Positions 56,198 to 63,120 of a DNA stretch of 63,120 nt are shown here, piece by piece; positions within the stretch are counted from its first letter, which is position 1; each line of letters starts with the position of its first letter. This DNA is from an uncultured Verrucomicrobiota bacterium (GTDB lineage: Bacteria > Auribacterota > JABMQX01 > JAFGEW01): NCBI GenBank assembly GCA_964500825.1, contig CAZCQN010000001.1, forward strand, positions 1-63,120. Direction: 5' to 3'. The notes beneath the pieces were generated by a model. That model searched no databases, was not told the DNA's origin, and saw nothing but the letters and a program-made list of their open reading frames with translations. The position numbers were made by a program, and so were the translations under genes.

Positions 56198-57862
56198 TCA
56201 CGCCGCCGGCGAGTGGATTGTCGCCCAGGCCATCGTCAGGTCGTCGTGCAGGGCGGCGCCGCCGGCGAACTCGGTGATCGCCTGCCGGATGGCGGCGATC
56301 GCCCGGCTCGGCTCGACGTGCGACTGCGAGGCCGCGAGCGAGGCGAGCCGGTCGGTGCCGACGGGCTCGCCGTCCGGGCTGCGCGCATCGACCGCGCCGT
56401 CGGTGTACATGAACAGCACGTGCTCGGAGGCGATGCGGCAGCGCTCGGAGCGGATCGATGAGGCCGGATCGACGCCCATCATCATCCCGGTCGGCTCGAG
56501 CGTGGCGAGCACGTGACCGCGCCGCAGCACGAGCGCGGGGCAGTGGCCGGCCGACGCGTAGGTGAACGAGCTGCGGTCGGCGTCGATCACGGCGTAGCAG
56601 ACCGTCGCCATCCGCAGCGAGTGCGCCGCCTTCTTGCAGATGAGCCGGTTGGCCAGCCAGAGCACCTTGGCCGGATCGCGCTCGGCGAGCGCGCACGAGT
56701 GCAGGATGCTCTTGAACTCCATCATGAACAGCGCCGCCGGCAGCCCCTTGCCCATGATGTCGCCGACGCACACGCCGAGCGCGCCGTCGGGATGCTCGAC
56801 GAAATCGACGAAATCGCCGCCGACCTCCTGCGCCGGGACGCACAGCGAGGCGCAGCCGACGCCGTCGAGGTGCGTTGGCGCCGGCGGGAGCGCGTCGCGC
56901 TGGATGGCGGCGCTGATCTCGAGCTCGCGCTTGAGCCGCTCGCGCTCGGCGGTCGAAGTGCGGATCTCGTCGACGAGCTTGGAGTTCTCGAGGTGCACGG
57001 CGATCTGCTTCGCGAGGCCCGAGAGCAGGATGAGATCGTCGCGCGAGAACGCCGGCCGCTCCGGCGACGAGTGGAGGGCCATGACGCCGAGCAGCTCGTC
57101 CTCGAAGATGAGCGGAATCATTATAGTCGAAAGCCGCGGCCCGCCGCCGTTGTCGGGCTGGCGGAAGATGAGGCCGACGCGCTCGTCGATCACCTTGCGC
57201 AGCAGTTGGCGGCTGCAGCGCGCCTTGCGGATCGCGTGCGCGCGGCCGCTGCGCCAGTACAGCTTCGCCACCATCTCGTTGCCCCGGCGCAAGAAGACGA
57301 TGCCCGAGTCGGCCGGGATCAGCTTCATCGCGTTCGACATCACGAACCGCAGCGCCTCGTCGGGATCGAACAGACCGGCGACCGAGTTGCTGAAGTCGTT
57401 GAGGAACTTGAGCCGCCGCGACATCTCGTTGAGCCGCTCGAAGCTCTCTTGGGAGAACGTCTCGCGCTCGGGCTCGAGGCTCGCCGCGTCGTGAAACAGC
57501 GCGAGCCCGTCCACTTCCTGCTCCTCGGGCAGCAGGGGGAGCTGGACGGGCCGTGGCCCGGCGGCGCGCTGCCCCTGCGGCCGATCGACCCGCAACGGCA
57601 TGTCGCCGACGCAGAGCTCGTCGCCGGGCGAAAGCAAGCAAGGGCTCAACGCCGGCAGGCGGCGTCCGCCCAGGTAGGTGCCCTCGGTGCTTTGGAGATC
57701 GACGATCTGGGCGCCGTCGTTGCGCACCTGGATCAGGCAGTGGTGGCGGGAGATATGCGGGCCGTGCAGCGCGATCGCACACGGGTCCTCGGCGCCGACC
57801 AGGTGGTAGCCCCGGCCGAGCTCGACGGCCTCGCCCGAAGGGAGCGTGATCGTCAGAGACAT
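56198..57862 (-). CDS. FHA, GAF and PP2C (SpoIIE/RsbU-type) serine phosphatase
   Basis: Start taken at ATG 57862 (GGGGGAAGGG RBS). LTITLPSGEAVELGRGYHLVG..ISRHHCLIQVRNDGAQIVDLQSTEGTYLGGRRL (FHA). A central GAF-like region. QEVGGDFVDFVEHPDGALGVCVGDIMGKGLPAALFM..LFMYTDGAVDA..LHDDLTMA (PPM/SpoIIE motifs). Confidence 0.85.
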   Translation of the reverse strand: MSLTITLPSGEAVELGRGYHLVGAEDPCAIALHGPHISRHHCLIQVRNDGAQIVDLQSTEGTYLGGRRLPALSPCLLSPGDELCVGDMPLRVDRPQGQRAAGPRPVQLPLLPEEQEVDGLALFHDAASLEPERETFSQESFERLNEMSRRLKFLNDFSNSVAGLFDPDEALRFVMSNAMKLIPADSGIVFLRRGNEMVAKLYWRSGRAHAIRKARCSRQLLRKVIDERVGLIFRQPDNGGGPRLSTIMIPLIFEDELLGVMALHSSPERPAFSRDDLILLSGLAKQIAVHLENSKLVDEIRTSTAERERLKRELEISAAIQRDALPPAPTHLDGVGCASLCVPAQEVGGDFVDFVEHPDGALGVCVGDIMGKGLPAALFMMEFKSILHSCALAERDPAKVLWLANRLICKKAAHSLRMATVCYAVIDADRSSFTYASAGHCPALVLRRGHVLATLEPTGMMMGVDPASSIRSERCRIASEHVLFMYTDGAVDARSPDGEPVGTDRLASLAASQSHVEPSRAIAAIRQAITEFAGGAALHDDLTMAWATIHSPAA

Positions 57863-58201
57863 CGGTTGCCCTTCCCCCAGCCGCACCCGCAGGTGCGGCC
57901 GATCGTGCCGCGCGCGTGACGCGGCCGGCCTCCGTCTCTGCCGGAAAACGATCCCACAGCGCCGTAGCGCCGCCTACCCCCGAAACGGGACTCCCGGCTT
58001 GCACCATGGCACGGCGTGTGCCGCCTGCCGCGGGCCGCGCCCGCGACAGATGAAGGTACAACACCAATAGCGTTGCACGCCAATCACTGCCCCGTCAACC
58101 ACTTTTGTGCACCCATGAACGGGCCGTTGACCCGGCCGGGCGCGGGCGCTACGATGGGGCACGCCTTCGGGGCCAACCGACGGCGAAGGGAGGCGTTGGG
58201 C

Positions 58202-59017
58202 ATGATTCGAGAAGCTGCGGTTGCTGGGCGGTTCTATCCGGGCACGCGGGACGCGCTGCTCGGCGAGATCCGCAAATGCGTCGTCGAGGGCGAGCGCGAG
58301 CCGGCCGTGGCGGTGGTCTGCCCGCACGCCGGCTACCAGTTCTCGGGCCCGGTGGCCGGCGCCGTCTACTCGCGCGTGGCGCTGCCCGACGTGGCCGTCA
58401 TCCTCGGCGTCAACCACCGGCCGACCGCCGATGACTTCGCGATCATGGCCAGCGGCGCGTGGCGCACGCCGCTGGGCGACGTGCCGATCGAGTCGAAGCT
58501 CGCCAAGGCGATCATGAAGACGAGCCAGCTCGTCAAGGACAACGCGCGCGCCCACCGCTACGAGCACTCGCTCGAGGTGCAGGTGCCGTTCCTGCAGGCG
58601 TTCAACCCGAACGTGCGCATCGTGCCGATCGCCGTCGGCTCGCCCGGCGAGAAGGCCGTGATCGCCGTGGGCGAGGCGATCGCCGCGGCGATCAAGAAGT
58701 CCGGCGCCGACGTGCTGCTGGTGGCCAGCACCGACATGTCGCACACGACCGATTCGAGCCCCGAGCGCCAGGAGCAGATCCGCGCCCTCGACATGCAGGC
58801 GGTCGAGGCGATCCGCGCGCTCGACGCACGCGAGCTGATGCGCGTCGTCCACCACGAGCAGATCACGATGTGCGGCGCCGCGCCGACGGCGGCCGTCTGC
58901 GCCGCCGCCAAGAAGCTTGGCGCGACCGGCGGCGAGCTCATCGACTACCGGACCAGCACCGACGTGACCGGCGACTACTCCTACGTCGTCGGCTACGCGG
59001 GCGTCATCATCAAGTAG
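58202..59017 (+). CDS. amrB: Memo-like / AmmeMemoRadiSam system protein B family
   Basis: MIREAAVAGRFYPG..VVCPHAGYQFSGPVAGAVYS..AHRYEHSLEVQVPFLQ..LVASTDMSH..MCGAAP..VVGYAGVI are the hallmark Memo/AmrB motifs. In-frame ATG at 58202 (the track ORF starts at 58016). Confidence 0.85.
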   Translation: MIREAAVAGRFYPGTRDALLGEIRKCVVEGEREPAVAVVCPHAGYQFSGPVAGAVYSRVALPDVAVILGVNHRPTADDFAIMASGAWRTPLGDVPIESKLAKAIMKTSQLVKDNARAHRYEHSLEVQVPFLQAFNPNVRIVPIAVGSPGEKAVIAVGEAIAAAIKKSGADVLLVASTDMSHTTDSSPERQEQIRALDMQAVEAIRALDARELMRVVHHEQITMCGAAPTAAVCAAAKKLGATGGELIDYRTSTDVTGDYSYVVGYAGVIIK

Positions 59018-59099
59018 CCACCGGCGCAGGCCGTGACCCCAGTCCCAGCCTCCGTCTGCCACGCTCGAAAGACGCAAACCCGATGCCGCGCCCCGTGGT

Positions 59100-61676
59100 A
59101 TGATTCCATCAAGGAGGATGCAGGCAGCGATGTGGAGCCGGCCGCTTGCCAGCGCGACGCTCGGCGTGCTCGTCGCCGTGGTCTGCCTGGCGGCCGCCGA
59201 GGCTGCCGAGCGCACGCACACGTCGGCGCGGGAGCTGTACGTGCGGGCGATGACGCATTTCGCCCAAGGGCTGTACGACGTCGCCGCGGCCGATTTCGCC
59301 GAGTACGTCGACGCCTACTCGTCTCGGCGCTACGCGGGCCAGGCGGCCGTGCTGCTGGCCGAATCGAACGCGCACCTGGGCCGGTACGCCAACGCGGCGA
59401 AGGCCCTCGACTGGCTCGAACAGAGCCGCTGGTCGAAGCGCCACGCGGCGGACCTGGCGTACTGGCGCGCCCAGCTCGCGCTGCGCACGGGCCGCACGGC
59501 TGAGGCGCTCACCGCGTTCGAGGCGTTCCTCGACGACTACCCCACGCACGAGCGCGCGGCGTATGCGCGGCTCGGGATCGGCCAGGCGCGGCTTGCGCGC
59601 GACGAGCTCGACGAGGCGGCCGCCGCGTTCGACTCGATCATCGCGGCTGTCGCCGCGGCGACGACCCCGGCCGAGGCGCTCCAGCCCAACGCACTCTTCC
59701 TGGCCGCGCTCGGCAAGGCCCGCTGCCAGATCCGGCGCGACGCAATTGACGAGGCACGCGCGCTCGTGCTCGGTGCGATGGACAAGCTCGAGGCGCGCGC
59801 CGACATGCGCGCCGAGGCGTTCCTCGTGCTCGGCGAGGCCTCGTACCGGCTCGGCAAGCATGCCGAAGCGATCGAGTACTATAAGCAGGCGTTCGTCGAG
59901 GACCGCCTCTACTCGTGGTACCCCGAGACGCTCTACGGGATGGCCTGGTGCCGCATCGAGCTCGAAGAATACGCCGCCGCGCGCGAGATGCTCAGCTCGC
60001 TGGCGACCGATTACCCCGACGACGCCGTCGTCCCGAAGGCCCATCTGACGCTCGTCAAGCTCGACATGCTCGAGGGCAAGCATGACGACGCGCTCAGGGC
60101 GCTGGCGGCGATTCTCGACGCCGACGCGCCCGCGCCGGTGGCCGAGGAGGCGGCCTACTTGGTCGCCGACGCCCTGCTCGCCGCGGGGCACGTCGACGAG
60201 GCGGTCGCCGCCTACGAGGTGTTCCTCGCCGGCCGTCCCGAGAGCCGCTTCGCGCCGAACGCCACGTACGGGCTCGCGATGGCCCGCCTGCGCCTCGGCG
60301 AGACCGACGCGGCACGTGCGCTGCTCGAGGCGATCGTGCAGGAGGCGGGCGAGCCGCTCGTCGAGCAGGCGCGCCGGCGGCTCGCCGACGAGCTGTTCGC
60401 CGCGGGCGAGTGCGAACGCGCCGCCGCCCACTACCAGGCCTTGCTCGAATACGAACCCGCGCTCAGCGGCGCCGACCGCCTGCTGTTCCGGCTCGCGTGG
60501 TGCTACTTCAAGATGGCCGACGCGGGCGAACGGCCGTACGACAGCGCGATCGCGTTGTTTCGCCAGCTCATCGAGAAGCACACCGACAGCGAGCTCGTCG
60601 ACAACGCCCAGTACCGCATCGCCGGCGCGCTCTATCGTCAGGGCAAGTACGACAAAGCGCTCAACGAGTACAAGGCGTTCACCGAGCGGTTCCCCGACAG
60701 CGAGCTCGGCGACCGCGTCGCCTACCAGACGGGCGTGTGCCACTACAACCTCGGCGACTACTACCCCGCGCTGCTCGCCTACCGGTTGGTGGTCGACACG
60801 TACCCCGACAGCCCGCTCGTGCACCGGGCCGCCTACGAGATCGGCTGGTGCCACTACATGCTCGGCAAGGGCGAGGACGCGTTCGAGCACTTCACCGACT
60901 ACGTGACCCGCTTCCCGGACTCGGCGCTGACGCCCGAGGTGATCTTCTGGCTCGGCGAGCACCACTACAACCGGGGCCAGCACGACAAGGCGCTCGAGCA
61001 GTTCGCCGCGCTCAGCGCCGACTACCCGGAGCACAGGTTGGCCGCCGCGGCCCTATACTGGGCCGGCCGCTCGTGCTTCAACCTCGGCCAGCACGACGAG
61101 GCGCGCACCTACTTCGGCGCCGTGCTCGCCAGGCACCCCGAGAGCGACTTCGCCGCCGACGCCCGCTACCAGAGCGCCGTCAGCCTGATCGAGCAGGGCG
61201 AGCACGAGGCCGCGCTCGAGGCGCTCGCGCCGCTCGCGGGCGAGCAGAGCGCGCGCTACCTGGCCGACAAGGTGCAGTGGCGCCTCGCCGATTGCCATTT
61301 CGCGCTCGGGCGCGCCGAGAAGGCCCAGCCGATTTACGAGGCGCTCGTCGAGGGCGCACGCGACGAGACCGTCCGCGCCTGGGCCCAGTACGGGCTTGGG
61401 CGCTGCCACAAGGCGGCCGAGGACTACGGCCGGGCCATCCGCCAGTTCATGGCGGTCGCGTCCGACTACCCGATCGAGCGCGAGGTCGTCGGCCGCGCCA
61501 TGGTCGAGGCGGGCCGCTGCTACGAAGCGCTCGACAAGCGCAACGAGGCGCTGATCGTCTACGCGAGCGTCGTGCGCAAGAACCTGCCGGGCAAGGCCGA
61601 GGCCGAGGCGCGGATCGAGGCGCTGCGCAAGAAGTCGTTTCGCTTTTTCCAAAAGAATCCTGTCCACGAAGACTGA
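59100..61676 (+). CDS. Large secreted TPR-repeat protein (YbgF/BamD-like repeats)
   Basis: 858 aa. Alternative starts at 59118 and 59130 after AAGGAGG. Signal peptide LASATLGVLVAVVCLAAAEAAE. More than 15 TPR-like units with recurring ..A.Y..G.C.Y..G.Y..A...F..V...YP.S..A..A.Y.. pattern. Confidence 0.8.
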   Translation: MIPSRRMQAAMWSRPLASATLGVLVAVVCLAAAEAAERTHTSARELYVRAMTHFAQGLYDVAAADFAEYVDAYSSRRYAGQAAVLLAESNAHLGRYANAAKALDWLEQSRWSKRHAADLAYWRAQLALRTGRTAEALTAFEAFLDDYPTHERAAYARLGIGQARLARDELDEAAAAFDSIIAAVAAATTPAEALQPNALFLAALGKARCQIRRDAIDEARALVLGAMDKLEARADMRAEAFLVLGEASYRLGKHAEAIEYYKQAFVEDRLYSWYPETLYGMAWCRIELEEYAAAREMLSSLATDYPDDAVVPKAHLTLVKLDMLEGKHDDALRALAAILDADAPAPVAEEAAYLVADALLAAGHVDEAVAAYEVFLAGRPESRFAPNATYGLAMARLRLGETDAARALLEAIVQEAGEPLVEQARRRLADELFAAGECERAAAHYQALLEYEPALSGADRLLFRLAWCYFKMADAGERPYDSAIALFRQLIEKHTDSELVDNAQYRIAGALYRQGKYDKALNEYKAFTERFPDSELGDRVAYQTGVCHYNLGDYYPALLAYRLVVDTYPDSPLVHRAAYEIGWCHYMLGKGEDAFEHFTDYVTRFPDSALTPEVIFWLGEHHYNRGQHDKALEQFAALSADYPEHRLAAAALYWAGRSCFNLGQHDEARTYFGAVLARHPESDFAADARYQSAVSLIEQGEHEAALEALAPLAGEQSARYLADKVQWRLADCHFALGRAEKAQPIYEALVEGARDETVRAWAQYGLGRCHKAAEDYGRAIRQFMAVASDYPIEREVVGRAMVEAGRCYEALDKRNEALIVYASVVRKNLPGKAEAEARIEALRKKSFRFFQKNPVHED

Positions 61677-61700
61677 CACCCGCGGGAGGGCACTGGATCA

Positions 61701-62324
61701 ATGATAGAGCTGTTCAGAAGCGGCGGGCCGGTGATGTACCCGATCCTGCTGTGCTCGATCCTGTTCGTGGCGATCCTGATCGAGCGGCTGTTCCACCTGC
61801 ACCGGGCGCAGATCAACACGGGCGAGTTCGTCGCCGGCATCCGCAACATCCTCAAGAAGCGCAACATCGCCGAGGCGGTCTCGATCTGCGAGGAGACGCC
61901 CGGCCCGGTGGCGCACGTGATCAAGGCCGGCCTGGTCAAGCACGACCGGGCCAAGAACGAGATCCGCGAGGCGATCGACGACGCCGCGCTCCACGAGGTG
62001 CCGCGGCTCGAGAAGAACCTGGTGGTGCTCGCGACGATCGCGCACGTCTCGCCGCTGCTCGGCCTGTTCGGCACCGTGCTCGGCATGATTACCGTCTTCG
62101 ACAAGATCCGGGCGCTCGGCGGCCGGACCGACGCCGCCCAGCTCGCGGGCGGCATCGGCCAGGCGCTCATCACGACGGCCGCCGGCCTCGCCGTGGCGAT
62201 CCCGGTCTTCATCGCCTACAACTACCTCGTGAGCCGGGTCGGCACGCTGGTGTGGGACATGGAACGCAGCGCGAGCGAAGTGGTGGACCTGCTGACCGAG
62301 CCGGAGCGGGGGTATGAGGTTTAG
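61701..62324 (+). CDS. exbB: MotA/TolQ/ExbB-family proton channel
   Basis: 207 aa. MIELFRSGGPVMYPILLCSILFVAILIERL..LATIAHVSPLLGLFGTVLGMI..AGGIGQALITTAAGLAVAIPVFIAYNYL are typical ExbB/TolQ motifs. Confidence 0.88.
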   Translation: MIELFRSGGPVMYPILLCSILFVAILIERLFHLHRAQINTGEFVAGIRNILKKRNIAEAVSICEETPGPVAHVIKAGLVKHDRAKNEIREAIDDAALHEVPRLEKNLVVLATIAHVSPLLGLFGTVLGMITVFDKIRALGGRTDAAQLAGGIGQALITTAAGLAVAIPVFIAYNYLVSRVGTLVWDMERSASEVVDLLTEPERGYEV

Positions 62325-62742
62325 GCGGCGCGTCGCCATCTTCAAGGGGCAGCTCGAGCTGACGCCGCTCGTCGACGTCGTGCTCCTGCTGCTGATCTTC
62401 TTCGTGCTCTCGTCGAGGTACCTGGCGAACCCGGGGATCACCGTCGACGTGCCCGAGAGCGCCGCGACCACCGACATTGAATCGACGGACCTGACGCTCA
62501 CGCTTACCGACAAGAACGAGGTCTACCTGCGCGGCAAGCTCATCTCGCCGCTCGAGGGCTACGAGCAGCTCCGTACCGAGCTGCAGAAGATCCGTCTTGC
62601 GCACGGCGATGACCTGCCGCGCATCCTCTTTCAGGGCGACAAGAAGATCCCGTTCGGCCGGGCGATAGAGATCATGTCGATCGCCTGGGAGGAAGGGTTC
62701 CACGCGCAGTCGCTGGCAACCCAGCCCAAGGAGGTGCACTAG
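62314..62742 (+). CDS. exbD: ExbD/TolR-family biopolymer transport protein
   Basis: 142 aa, start overlapping the exbB end. LELTPLVDVVLLLLIFFVLSS TM, then ITVDVPES..LTLTDKNEVYLRGK..ILFQGDKKIPFGRAIEIMSIA. Confidence 0.85.
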   Translation: MRFRRRVAIFKGQLELTPLVDVVLLLLIFFVLSSRYLANPGITVDVPESAATTDIESTDLTLTLTDKNEVYLRGKLISPLEGYEQLRTELQKIRLAHGDDLPRILFQGDKKIPFGRAIEIMSIAWEEGFHAQSLATQPKEVH

Positions 62743-62749
62743 ACGCGCA

Positions 62750-63120
62750 ATGAGCCAGGGCCGGCGCATATTCCTCGAGGCGCTCGTCGTCTCCGTGCTC
62801 GGGCACGCCATCTTCTTCAGCGTCTTCGTCGTCAAGGAGGATGAACCGGGCCGCGGCGCTCGGGACCGCCCGGCGCTGATCAGCATCGCCCAGATCGAGG
62901 CCACGGCGCCCAGCCCGGACGCGCTCCCTGTGCCGTCGGACACCCAGGCCGACCTGCCCGGCCGCGTCGAGCTCAGTCGCCGGACCACCGTGCCGAAGCT
63001 CGAGCTCGACCGCACGGCGCTCGTCCTGGAGGACGAGCCCGAGCTCGCGCCGCCGGCGCCGCCGGCGGTCGGCCCCGACAGCTGGGGCTTCGCCAAGGAG
63101 CCGGCGCCGCTGCGCGACGA
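62750..63120 (+). CDS. TonB/TolA-like anchor protein, 5' part (runs off the right edge)
   Basis: ATG at 62750 gives MSQGRRIFLEALVVSVLGHAIFFSVFVV (N-terminal TM), then a Pro/Ala/Glu-rich linker (TAPSPDALPVPSD..ELAPPAPPAVGP). Position after exbB-exbD. Confidence 0.5.
   Translation, partial: MSQGRRIFLEALVVSVLGHAIFFSVFVVKEDEPGRGARDRPALISIAQIEATAPSPDALPVPSDTQADLPGRVELSRRTTVPKLELDRTALVLEDEPELAPPAPPAVGPDSWGFAKEPAPLRD

Noticed and set aside
56178-58083. 629-aa (-) and 468-aa (+) ORFs overlapping the FHA-GAF-PP2C gene; similar shadows over cheA (7865-9392), floA (4543-6040) and the RHS/orphan region (41975-44002, 46512-47435, 48547-49731)
   Set aside because: All are alternative-frame artefacts of GC-rich coding DNA with no recognisable motifs.

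Overview
High-GC bacterial window of 63,120 nt. The gene content (a DUF1573-type domain, many carboxypeptidase-regulatory-like arrays, a BlaI plus giant BlaR1 pair, a Sec-signal RHS toxin, TPR-rich envelope proteins) resembles Planctomycetota-like genomes; this taxonomy is inference only. Left part (1-13 kb): uvrC (partial), tRNA-Ala, an NfeD-NfeD-FloA'-FloA operon and tRNA-Leu(CAA). It also holds a decaying chemotaxis-like cluster (STAS remnant, cheA split by a 1-nt frame disruption, cheY'-'cheX deletion junction) and an ECF sigma factor with a ~470-aa C-terminal enzyme-like extension. Middle part (13-51 kb): accessory-looking DNA bracketed and subdivided by a tRNA-Leu-linked ~250-nt repeat module. 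The intact tRNA-Leu(UAA) is at 13316; tRNA-Leu fragments lie at 13230, 31316 and 51360. Segment 1 carries blaI, a 3681-aa BlaR1/M56-type protein, a 1196-aa carboxypeptidase-regulatory-like array protein and paralog remnants. Segment 2 carries a DUF1573/thioredoxin-like/CcdA fusion, an orphan terminator-bearing RNA region, a TPR-Big2-TPR-RHS operon and two orphan rhs C-terminal cassettes with candidate immunity genes. Right part (51-63 kb): a GT39/83-like glycosyltransferase, a low-GC two-gene islet, an NCS2 nucleobase permease, an FHA-GAF-PP2C phosphatase, a Memo/AmrB-like protein and a TPR-ExbB-ExbD-TonB-like cluster (partial). At least five genes show reading-frame disruptions, so either the assembly has indel errors or the region is rich in pseudogenes. 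No CRISPR array, rRNA, transposase or integrase gene was recognised.
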